From a virus, in the IMG/VR virus record IMGVR_UViG_3300027301_000003, positions 10,423 through 74,422 of that record: 64,000 nucleotides of DNA; one strand, given 5' to 3'. Under the pieces are notes generated by a model, which saw only the letters and a program-made list of their open reading frames with translations, made no database searches and was not told the origin of the DNA. A program made the position numbers and the translations under genes. Of the stretch, positions 55,952 to 64,000 are shown one piece after another (position 1 is the stretch's first letter; the number at the start of each line of letters is the position of its first letter).

Positions 55952-58081
55952 TTATACCTCTAAAATAGTTATTGCACATTTCCAAGAAATTGTTTTGCCA
56001 GTACTTCCTGTAACATAAACATTGATGGTATCATTAGTATTATCTGATCGAATATCTACACCAAAAGAAGCATCTGTTTTAGCAACTGAAACTTCATAAA
56101 TTAAACCAATATCGGATACTGTTCCGCTTGAATTAGTTGCTACACCTTTTATTGAAAAAGCAGCATGATCACCAGAAGCATCTGTTCTTCTGCAGACAAT
56201 TTCTGCAGTATAATAAACTGTTTTATTTAATGGAACAGATATTCTTGAATTCGATAAACCATTTACAAAGATTTCAGTTTCAGTAGCATTAGTGGAAACA
56301 CCGGATAAATTATACTCAGCATCATAAATGGAAGTACTGGAACCTCCACCTCCACTTCCTGATACATCTGTTCCCCATACAGGTAAACCTGAAGCATCTA
56401 CTTTTAAAACCTCACCAACAGAACCAATACCTAGTTTAGATAATGTATTTGTAGCAGAAGCATATAAGATATCACCTGCTGAATAAGTGGTTAATCCTGT
56501 ACCTCCATTTGTTGGAGAAACAGTTCCTGTTACATTACTGGCTGTACCTGTTGTATTTTGATTCAGTGTAGGAATATCAGAAGCTACTAAACTTCTAAAA
56601 GTAGGTTTACCGCTTGCTGCATTTGGAGAAGCTAGAACTAAATTCGCAGACTGACTTTGAAAATCTGAAGGTAAAACTTCTAACTGACCACCAAGGGTTA
56701 GATCACCAGTTGAAGTTACGGAACCAGTCAATGTTAGACCACTGATAGTACCTGTACCACCTACGGAGGTTACACCTGAACTTGTAGCATAAGTAGTTGT
56801 ATCCAAAATCCATGTATCTGCTGCTGTTTTCTTAAGTAAACCAGATGTTCCTGTTAAAGCAGCAATTGCAGTTAAGTCAGCATCCAACGGTTGCTTTGTT
56901 GAGTCAGCAATGGTAATATTTTCAGAACCATTAAAAGAGACACCGTTGATTAAACGAGCATTGGTTAGAATAGCTGCACTAGCTACACTTTTTGCTGAAT
57001 CAGCAGTATTATCTGCATTAGATAATCCAACATCTGCTTTTTCTAAAGTTACTGCTCCAGTTTTACCAGCAACAGAAGTTACACTTGAAGTTCCACCAGA
57101 AGGTGCATTTACGTTTTTCCACAAACTTGAAGCAGCATCATATGCAATTATCTGACCATCTGTAGGATTAACAATCTGAACATCATGAATTTCATCTAGT
57201 TCATAACCGTTTTGAACTTTAACTTCAATAGTACCTTGATTCTGATGACTCCTAGTTACAACACCAATATAAACAATGTGATCAGGAGCATGTGGTTTTG
57301 TTGCAGTATATGTACCAGCAGTAGTAGGACTTAAATATAACTGCGTACCTTCTGCAAAGGCTAAAGTATCTAAACCGGAAACAAGACCTACAATTGTTAC
57401 ATAACCATTTTGGTTTGTAATAATATCTGAAGTTACTAAACCAAGTGTCTGTGCAGAAGTTGGATCAGAAGTAGCAAGAGCTTTACTAACTAAAGCTTTA
57501 TTTCCAGAAGCACCACTTATATAAACAGCGGTTCCTTTTGTTAAAGTAGCACCTGTTTGGTTTCTTACTTGAATAACTAAAGTTGCTGTAGGAGCAGATG
57601 CTGCTACTGATAAGTCAAAATTCTGACCATCTTGAACAATACTTATGCTTTCATTTGAAGAGAGCAACTGAACATTTGGAGCAATTGCAATATTTTGTTC
57701 AATATTATTTTGAACTGTATTTTTACTTGTGATCTTTTTACCATTTGATAGAGAAAGCACTAAGCGACCATCTTTATCAAATTCTGCAGTTTTTATATCA
57801 GAAGTAGGTGACGGTAATTCTGCTTCAGCTTTACTTACAACTTCAAACGGATTAGTATAACTTCTTAAGGATTCTACATGCGATGGTAACTTAGGAGGTT
57901 TAACCTTAGCTGGTTGATTCTTGCGCTCTTCTATTTTTACAGCATTAGTTCCAGCGAAGATTGATTCTTCTTGTGAGAAACCTTTATCCAAGGAAGCATT
58001 GGCTACTTTTGCAAATAATTCTCTTAATTTTAAAGATTTACTTTGTATAGTAGATGGTGTATTATCTGCAGTCCATTGCAT
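55952..58081 (-). CDS. ChaB-like domain fused to a fibre-like structural protein
   Basis: ChaB-like N-terminus; VRNQTG.T..KGT.VY module; VTSVAGKTGAVTL and PTFRSLV.SDIP fibre motifs. Confidence 0.65.
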   Translation of the reverse strand: MQWTADNTPSTIQSKSLKLRELFAKVANASLDKGFSQEESIFAGTNAVKIEERKNQPAKVKPPKLPSHVESLRSYTNPFEVVSKAEAELPSPTSDIKTAEFDKDGRLVLSLSNGKKITSKNTVQNNIEQNIAIAPNVQLLSSNESISIVQDGQNFDLSVAASAPTATLVIQVRNQTGATLTKGTAVYISGASGNKALVSKALATSDPTSAQTLGLVTSDIITNQNGYVTIVGLVSGLDTLAFAEGTQLYLSPTTAGTYTATKPHAPDHIVYIGVVTRSHQNQGTIEVKVQNGYELDEIHDVQIVNPTDGQIIAYDAASSLWKNVNAPSGGTSSVTSVAGKTGAVTLEKADVGLSNADNTADSAKSVASAAILTNARLINGVSFNGSENITIADSTKQPLDADLTAIAALTGTSGLLKKTAADTWILDTTTYATSSGVTSVGGTGTISGLTLTGSVTSTGDLTLGGQLEVLPSDFQSQSANLVLASPNAASGKPTFRSLVASDIPTLNQNTTGTASNVTGTVSPTNGGTGLTTYSAGDILYASATNTLSKLGIGSVGEVLKVDASGLPVWGTDVSGSGGGGSSTSIYDAEYNLSGVSTNATETEIFVNGLSNSRISVPLNKTVYYTAEIVCRRTDASGDHAAFSIKGVATNSSGTVSDIGLIYEVSVAKTDASFGVDIRSDNTNDTINVYVTGSTGKTISWKCAITILEV

Positions 58082-58089
58082 ATTGTTCC

Positions 58090-58305
58090 TTATTTTAGAT
58101 ATTTATTTTTAATAATATCCTCTACGGATTTCTTTACTTTATTAGCTTCTTCTGCATTCTTCATAGCAGCTAGGGAAGCAATACGAGCTTTCTCTTCAGA
58201 ACCTGTATCTTTCAAAGTTTGATTAAAAACTCTAATGGCTACTTCTTGAACTGACTTAGACTTCTTGTTAGCCCATTGTGGGACATTATCGGCTGAGTAC
58301 GGCAT
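58090..58305 (-). CDS. ChaB-like protein
   Basis: MPYS...P.......Q......FN......SEE.A...A..AMK; start at 58305. Confidence 0.65.
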   Translation of the reverse strand: MPYSADNVPQWANKKSKSVQEVAIRVFNQTLKDTGSEEKARIASLAAMKNAEEANKVKKSVEDIIKNKYLK

Positions 58306-58645
58306 TTTTCTTCCTGTGTATAATTTGTAAAGCACTTTGTGATAACTTACCACCTTGTGCTGAATTCCATCCCATGTATTCAAAAGGGCGAAACATCTTT
58401 TCTAGTTCATATGCTTCTTTTTCAGTACAAACACAAAGTCTAGTTACTACGATATTTTCTATACCATGTTTAGCAAAAGCTAGATGCAATGGATTATAAG
58501 GATTGTAAGAATTATAGAATCTACCGCAATGCTCCTTAAATCTAATCTCGATTAAACGAGTAGTGACACCAACATATCCTTGTGTGAATACATCGGTGTC
58601 ATCTTTTAAGTGCATCCAATAAAGAACAGCGGTCTTATGCAGCAT
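58286..58645 (-). CDS. GIY-YIG-like homing endonuclease
   Basis: VLYW...GYVGVT...RF.EH...E...GWN...GG. Confidence 0.75.
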   Translation of the reverse strand: MLHKTAVLYWMHLKDDTDVFTQGYVGVTTRLIEIRFKEHCGRFYNSYNPYNPLHLAFAKHGIENIVVTRLCVCTEKEAYELEKMFRPFEYMGWNSAQGGKLSQSALQIIHRKKNAVLSR

Positions 58646-60110
58646 TCTCTAGGTTACCAGAACTGGTATCGTTACCTGAAGGACTAGTTGCTGTGCCTTC
58701 ACCTGCTGTCTTAAAACCATCACCACTTCTGGAGGTCATAGCAGGTAGCAAGTTCTGGTTTGGTTCCTGATCTTGAGGAAGAGCATCAACTCCAATACTT
58801 TCACGAACTCTATTGAGAACAGCACGATCAACTTCAATAACGGATGTACTAGCGAAACGCTGAACAGCTTTAGAGAAGGATTCTAGGTCTTCGGATTCTA
58901 GATTGTCAAAGTCCATGTGACCCATTCTAGAAGTATCCCAACCATTTAGTTCGTATGTCTGTTTAATCAAATCTTCATTGATAACATCACGAATCTTACG
59001 TAGCATTGCTTCTGCAGCAGTAGCAGAAAGTGAATTCTTAACTTGACCCAAAGCGTTGGAGCCACCACCGGATTGACCTAAGACTAGAATATCAGCAAAT
59101 AAAGAAGTTAAGATTAGATTCTTGTAGTATTCTTTAATCTTGGAAGTATCCATTGCTTTACTACCGTTTAGAGATAGTAACTCTAGCTCGAACATTGGTT
59201 GCTTGGAGTCAGGATCATGAGCTTGTGGTAGAATCAAAGCTGATTGTTGGTTTAGCTGCAAGTTACGCATTACGTTTTCATAGTAAGCACGAATTGCCTT
59301 TTGATCAGGAGATGCCTCTGAAGAAAGATACTGCGGAGGAAGCTTTAATACTGGTAGACCAGCTAAATCCTTAGCTACACCGTTTGCTTCAATCTCTTCG
59401 ATTACGCTTAGGAATCTCCAAGCTAGATACGCATCACGAAGCATGGACTTACCGAAAGGATCACCCTTGTGCTTACCTGCACGAAATAGCATTACTTTAC
59501 TACGAGGTAAAATCACTTCATTATTAGTGCGACTTGAGTAGCGGTTGTACACATCAGATACAGCAGAAAGGTTTTGCTTTACACCCTTTACTTCATTACC
59601 GTCTTCACTGAAGATAAACTTCTCTATTGTCTCTTGATTGCGAATTGGTAGCTTTTTCCAACCGATAAGACCATCGTTGTACTTAGAACCATTGGCTTTC
59701 AAACGTCTGCGGTATACTTTCTCTTGTACTGAAAAACCATACATATTAGCTGACATTGCTTCTGAGATAAACTCCGACCAGTTCTGATCAGTAAGGTCTT
59801 GCATCATTTCATTGATAATCTCAGCTTGTCTTAATTCCTCTTGGTTGGCATCTTTAATGGGTTTGAAACTCCAATCAACTTTACCAATCAGGTTCTCGTA
59901 CAATGTCAAAGCTGCATTAATTGTACCATGATAAGACATTTGCTTATAGGTATTAACGCTATTAGGGAAGTTTAACTCTCGCTTTAATTCATCGTTGGAT
60001 ACACCATTAAAGACGTTTAAACCTAAGTATCCTGATTCACTTAATTTGAAGCGATCTGGCGTATCATCCACTGCTTTTTGTATGGTGTTATTTTGTGATT
60101 TACGTGCCAT
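58635..60110 (-). CDS. Portal protein
   Basis: YGFS..EKVY and P.G.S.L..AY..W motifs; follows terL. Confidence 0.88.
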   Translation of the reverse strand: MARKSQNNTIQKAVDDTPDRFKLSESGYLGLNVFNGVSNDELKRELNFPNSVNTYKQMSYHGTINAALTLYENLIGKVDWSFKPIKDANQEELRQAEIINEMMQDLTDQNWSEFISEAMSANMYGFSVQEKVYRRRLKANGSKYNDGLIGWKKLPIRNQETIEKFIFSEDGNEVKGVKQNLSAVSDVYNRYSSRTNNEVILPRSKVMLFRAGKHKGDPFGKSMLRDAYLAWRFLSVIEEIEANGVAKDLAGLPVLKLPPQYLSSEASPDQKAIRAYYENVMRNLQLNQQSALILPQAHDPDSKQPMFELELLSLNGSKAMDTSKIKEYYKNLILTSLFADILVLGQSGGGSNALGQVKNSLSATAAEAMLRKIRDVINEDLIKQTYELNGWDTSRMGHMDFDNLESEDLESFSKAVQRFASTSVIEVDRAVLNRVRESIGVDALPQDQEPNQNLLPAMTSRSGDGFKTAGEGTATSPSGNDTSSGNLENAA

Positions 60111-60125
60111 CAACGGCTCCTTTGA

Positions 60126-61595
60126 TTATGAAACTAATGAACTTTGAAATGTAGGAATGTTGGAACCTGTAATGCTTCCATCAAATGGATTGCTACCTGT
60201 AAAATCCGGTAATGAAAAAACTGGCAGTTGTGTATCTTTGTTTAGCAAAAGCATTGCATCAGAGCAGCAGTCAACTTGGTCATCTTTCTTCTTAGGATCA
60301 CCATCGAAGACTTCTAACTCATCAAAGAAATCTTTGTTCCAATTTGCTTTGACTACGTTTACGAAACCAGCTTGTGCTATACTTGAGAAAGGAGCGAAAC
60401 GAGTAATCTTGGATTTAACAGGCTTCGTAAGCTTTACGCTAAAACCCATCTCAGCTAACTTGCGCTGTAAGTCCTTGGCATAAGCACCAGCGGCTGCAGC
60501 AGGGTCCAATGGGATGCTGATAATCACATCTTGACCATCGTGAATAGCTGTATCAAATACTAGCTTTTCTACTTCGTGTACCCTATCTCTCATGGATACT
60601 ACATCTTCTACAGTGTATAAATTATTGGGGTCTTTGGAGATTAGAACACCACGAGTCCAGTCTGGATTTGGATATTGCTCAGAAGGTTTACTGAAAGCAA
60701 AGTCCCATGCTCTTATTCTTTTTCTTGCTCTACCGTTAGCATGATCAACTAGACCAACCCACTCTCGTTTGAATAAACCTGCGGATTCTTGACGAGCAAA
60801 CCATGAACCATCGAGTAGTCTTTCTTTCTCTACCCTTGGTAAAGACATTAATCTGCTGATATAATCAGGTTGTGCTTTAAGTAGTGGAGGGTTATCTCGG
60901 CAGGTAGCACCAATGAAAGTAAATGATGAGATACCGGATTCATCACCAACACCGTGAGCAGCTTCAGCTTCTTCTAGGCTGTTGTACCAAAGCATGGTGT
61001 TACCTTGACGAAAGAAGTAGCGTTGGTGTCCTGTTTTCTCAGGAAGAGGGATACCTGTATTGGGATCAAGATAGTAATCTTCAATCCATGATCTTAGGAA
61101 AGAATTGTAATCAGGGTTAGTCATCATAAACATCTGTGGTTTATAATCGACATAAGCGTTACGCATACGAGATAAGAGGTATACTACCATCTCTTCGTCA
61201 AAGTCCGTTGCTTCATCGAAAATAACCAAAGAGTACTGACCACCTTTGTGATCGTACATGTTAGTTGCGTGTTGCATGTGACTGAACTTCAGTAGTGCTC
61301 CATTTGGGAATACTAGCTCTAGTTCTCTGCTTCTGATTCTTAAGTTAGGATAAATGCTTGTGTACAAGTGAACTGCTTCATGCCAGATTGAACCGGGAGC
61401 AGTAAGCATCTTGGAAGTTCTACGAAAGATTACACCCGTAGCTCTAGGGTGTTGCATGAACTTTAAAGCGATCAGCAAGGAAGTGTATGTTTTACCAGAA
61501 CCAGCAGCACCACCCGCCAATGTAATAGTAGCTGGACTATTTAAGAACATCTCTTGCTTTTTGGAAGCAGGTGCTATTGTAATTTGTTCTGACAT
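60126..61595 (-). CDS. terL: Terminase large subunit
   Basis: GGAAGSGKT Walker A, FDEAT Walker B, TNP, WD, DDQVD nuclease motif. Confidence 0.95.
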   Translation of the reverse strand: MSEQITIAPASKKQEMFLNSPATITLAGGAAGSGKTYTSLLIALKFMQHPRATGVIFRRTSKMLTAPGSIWHEAVHLYTSIYPNLRIRSRELELVFPNGALLKFSHMQHATNMYDHKGGQYSLVIFDEATDFDEEMVVYLLSRMRNAYVDYKPQMFMMTNPDYNSFLRSWIEDYYLDPNTGIPLPEKTGHQRYFFRQGNTMLWYNSLEEAEAAHGVGDESGISSFTFIGATCRDNPPLLKAQPDYISRLMSLPRVEKERLLDGSWFARQESAGLFKREWVGLVDHANGRARKRIRAWDFAFSKPSEQYPNPDWTRGVLISKDPNNLYTVEDVVSMRDRVHEVEKLVFDTAIHDGQDVIISIPLDPAAAAGAYAKDLQRKLAEMGFSVKLTKPVKSKITRFAPFSSIAQAGFVNVVKANWNKDFFDELEVFDGDPKKKDDQVDCCSDAMLLLNKDTQLPVFSLPDFTGSNPFDGSITGSNIPTFQSSLVS

Positions 61596-61605
61596 AATTT
61601 CCTTA

Positions 61606-61950
61606 TTATTCTTCGTTTACAACTTTGAGGCTGAAAACGGCTGCGTTTTGTTGTTGAATCTCTGTGCCTTCTTTATCAGCCACTTCTTCACCATCGTAAA
61701 CATCTAGAACTAATCTGCGGTAGTTATCCAAGAGGATAGTTGCAGCTTTTAGTTGGTTTTGATGACTAGCTTCTGCATTCTTCATAATTTCAGCAGCAGT
61801 GATAATAGCGTCAGCTACTTGCGGCTTGATCTTACGAAGTAGCATGATTAACTCACGCTCTTTCAATGAACGATTTGTAGGCTTGTCTAGTAGTGATTGA
61901 TTCTTAGGGCGACCATTGGGGTTACCTGATTGACCTTTTGCGAATGTCAT
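61606..61950 (-). CDS. terS: Terminase small subunit candidate (DUF5681-like)
   Basis: F.KGQSGNPNGRPK N-terminus; directly upstream of terL. Confidence 0.7.
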   Translation of the reverse strand: MTFAKGQSGNPNGRPKNQSLLDKPTNRSLKERELIMLLRKIKPQVADAIITAAEIMKNAEASHQNQLKAATILLDNYRRLVLDVYDGEEVADKEGTEIQQQNAAVFSLKVVNEE

Positions 61951-61969
61951 GTTATTTCCTTATAAATTA

Positions 61970-62225
61970 GTCCCGCTTACGATTGCGGGGTAGCCTTTTC
62001 GTATCTACCGCAGATAATACGCTGTGTCCTTTGCATGAGCACTTGGCTGTACTCACCTGAAGTATCTAACTTCATGTTACCACGCAACAGATTCGTGGGA
62101 CGCCTAAAACCGAGGTGACTTCGGACCCAAGGTAGGTTCTTTAATGTAAGGTATGCGTTTTAACTTATAGCGTAGGGCGCATCCCCTGCTACTTCCCGTA
62201 ATAGCCGAAGCTATCTCTCGAACGG
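61970..62225 (-). ncRNA. Candidate large structured RNA C of unknown family
   Basis: About 255 nt non-coding, GC-richer than flanks, about 8 consecutive hairpins including a C(UUCG)G tetraloop. Confidence 0.65.
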
Positions 62226-62229
62226 TTTG

Positions 62230-62316
62230 TGGTGGACACTTATGGTAACGATCCATACGAGCTGTATTAGCGCTGGTTTTACAGACCAGACCGTCTCCTT
62301 AACGGTATACGTATCC
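62230..62316 (-). tRNA. tRNA-Tyr(GTA)
   Basis: CTGGT-CTGTAAA-ACCAG anticodon arm, long variable arm, encoded CCA; atypical T loop ATCGTTA. Confidence 0.85.
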
Positions 62317-62322
62317 TAATTG

Positions 62323-62393
62323 TGGAAGCGGGTGAAGTACTCGAAACTTCTGCGTAGAGCTTATGAGACTTACGGATGCCCTGAATACCCGCT
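62323..62393 (-). tRNA. Atypical tRNA(CAT) with shortened D arm
   Basis: AGCGGGT/ACCCGCT acceptor, CTCATAA loop, T arm GAAGT-TTCGAGT-ACTTC, CCA; 71 nt. Confidence 0.65.
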
Positions 62394-62401
62394 ATTTATT
62401 C

Positions 62402-62476
62402 TGGTACTACTACGGAGAATCGAACTCCGCTTACCGGGATGAAAACCCGGTGTCCTAACCGATAGACGATAGTAGC
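62402..62476 (-). tRNA. tRNA-Glu(TTC)
   Basis: CCGGG-TTTTCAT-CCCGG anticodon arm, GTTCGATTC T loop, CCA. Confidence 0.93.
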
Positions 62477-62485
62477 AATTAAATT

Positions 62486-62513
62486 ATTGTAACACTAATT
62501 CTACCGTTGTCAA
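62486..62513 (-). promoter_or_regulatory. Sigma70-type promoter of the tRNA cluster
   Basis: TTGACA-16nt-TACAAT with TG extension, about 10 nt upstream of tRNA-Glu. Confidence 0.7.
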
Positions 62514-62518
62514 TACCT

Positions 62519-62725
62519 TTAGATAGAATCTCTGGTATCCATCTCAGGATCATATTCATCATAGAATACAGGATTAGTCTTACCCGAAGGATTTCTCAGT
62601 AGCTCTACGTCTACTTGTACTTCGGAATCTAAATCCAAGAAAGCACGATCTAAGCAATCTTCGCATTCAGCACTTTTGTTGAAAACGTTTTGCTTGAAGT
62701 AGCGGTTACATGTAATGCAGTTCAT
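62519..62725 (-). CDS. Small Zn-binding hypothetical protein
   Basis: CxxC...CxxC. Confidence 0.65.
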   Translation of the reverse strand: MNCITCNRYFKQNVFNKSAECEDCLDRAFLDLDSEVQVDVELLRNPSGKTNPVFYDEYDPEMDTRDSI

Positions 62726-63015
62726 TTGTTGTATTATTCTTTTTGTTAACCATTATAGACAATCACTGTAGTTTTGTCTACAATGAGATACGATTTTGAA
62801 ATTAGTGCTTGACTAATGAGCGAAGCGAATTAGTGCTGGTTACTTATCCAGCTTGTACTGAAATACTTGGCGTTGAAAGGAGTAAAGATACAACCAAGCG
62901 AACATACAAAGGTTTGTATCCAGCAGGGTTAAACCGATCAATGTCCTATGCAGGGTCGTTGCGCTTAATACAACGATTTACTAAAGACTACAAGTTTAAT
63001 TTACATAGATGCTTG

Positions 63016-63044
63016 ATTATATCATATAAAATTAGTAATTTCAA
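63016..63044 (-). promoter_or_regulatory. Sigma70-type promoter upstream of a structured non-coding region
   Basis: TTGAAA-17nt-TATAAT with TG extension. Confidence 0.65.
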
Positions 63045-63081
63045 GCGTAAAATCAATCGAACATACTGATGTCTTTAACTT

Positions 63082-63564
63082 TCAGTCAAATACACAATAC
63101 TTGTTCAAAATCTTAGCGTACTTTAGCTGAAGCTTATTGTACATCCTTTTCGCTACTACTATATCTTGTACAACTAAAATTCTGTCCTTACCGCTTTCTT
63201 TCCAGATTAGCACATAGGAGAACATATCCTTTTGATGCGGTTGTATCTTTAAATATCCTGATAAATTACGATAAGCTTCTTTTATGCTATTGTAGGTTTT
63301 CTTAGATAACAATCTTAGGTTACAATATCTGTAATCAGTTTCATTTAAGTTTTTATGTAATACCACTTTATCTTTTTGTACAACAATATTTTGTACCAAC
63401 TCAATAGCTGATTTATTAGCTTTAAGTTTTATTCTTTTGCTATCTTTATAAAATACAATATAACCATCTTCATTAGGAAATATCTTTCTGTATCTCTTAT
63501 TGTTCTTTAATATAAAGAAGTCACCAGTTAATATATCATAATCAATTAAATCTTTTACTTGCAT
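63082..63564 (-). CDS. Degenerate HNH-like protein
   Basis: YD..TG.F...GY...VLHKNLNETD.RYCNL, but the final HNH Asn/His is not evident. Confidence 0.5.
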   Translation of the reverse strand: MQVKDLIDYDILTGDFFILKNNKRYRKIFPNEDGYIVFYKDSKRIKLKANKSAIELVQNIVVQKDKVVLHKNLNETDYRYCNLRLLSKKTYNSIKEAYRNLSGYLKIQPHQKDMFSYVLIWKESGKDRILVVQDIVVAKRMYNKLQLKYAKILNKYCVFD

Positions 63565-64000
63565 AACTATACTTTCTTAAAGTTGACCTTCTAATCTTTT
63601 TGTACAACAAACATGAAGAATTGCTAGAACGCTCTATATGCTCGTTTTGGACCTTCAGGCTACATACCCCTAGACTACTTGAAATTGACAGCTTGTAGAG
63701 CCTTCTAGGGGCTTTGCTGAAGGTTTTAACTGAGCAGCTTTAGTGAAAGGTACAACGAACCGTCCGTAGGACAGGCATAGCGCCTTTAGCGTCTAAAGTT
63801 TGAAGTTATAATAAAATAAATCAATAAATTAAAAAAATCTAATATAGGTTATAATATAGATTATAATTAAAGTAGTTAATGTTAACTACTCTGAGTAGAA
63901 TCTATATTACATCCTATATTAATCTTAAGTTAATTACATCTTATTTATTTATCAATTAAAATAACTAGTATATTTAATGTTAACATCAGATGTTAATATC

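Noticed and set aside
6894-61707. Numerous 60-130 aa ORFs antisense or out of frame within long genes (e.g. 7217-7612, 11419-11712, 42850-43149, 60157-60483)
   Set aside because: Shadow ORFs without RBS or recognisable motifs; only the embedded o-spanin (25987-26232) has positive evidence.
62809-63069. 86 aa + strand ORF
   Set aside because: TTG start without an RBS, antisense to the surrounding transcription unit and overlapping a promoter and structured region.
1-64000. CRISPR array, integrase/att site, rRNA, tmRNA
   Set aside because: No regularly spaced repeats, recombinase motifs or rRNA-like sequence seen; the tRNA-like RNA at 15535 is too short and has no tag ORF.

Overview
A 64 kb segment of a tailed dsDNA phage with siphovirus morphology (tail tube, tape measure, lambda-E-like capsid, lambda-J-like tail tip). 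Spanins point to a Gram-negative host, and no integrase or repressor is seen in this window. There are three blocks. (1) 1-5.3 kb, minus strand: nucleotide metabolism and RNA repair (ThyX, metallophosphoesterase, HNH, Rnl1-like ligase, P-loop kinase, two deaminases). (2) 5.5-25.4 kb, plus strand: replication and nucleotide metabolism (DNA ligase, second RNA ligase, T7-like primase-helicase, family-B-like polymerase, SSB, exonucleases, endo VII, MazG-like and DUF5664 pyrophosphatases, nrdB/nrdA, thioredoxin). (3) 25.5-63.6 kb, minus strand: lysis, tail, head and packaging genes, preceded by a tRNA cluster. The best candidate for an undescribed system is the promoter-bounded island at 13.3-15.6 kb: tRNA-Arg, a structured RNA, a second RNA closed by an 18-22 bp stem abutting the RBS of a Pol-beta-type nucleotidyltransferase, two diverged paralogous partner genes, a tRNA(CAT) and a tRNA-like RNA lacking a normal anticodon loop. 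Other highlights are a ~255 nt multi-hairpin RNA between tRNA-Tyr and terS, a +1 (UUU_CGA) frameshift in the tail chaperone, a single 2869 aa NlpC/P60-Ubl-J tail protein, an EF-hand holin candidate and a stand-alone Xre/MbcA/ParS-like antitoxin domain. All protein calls rest on motif recognition and synteny, and all RNA folds were made by eye; no searches were run.
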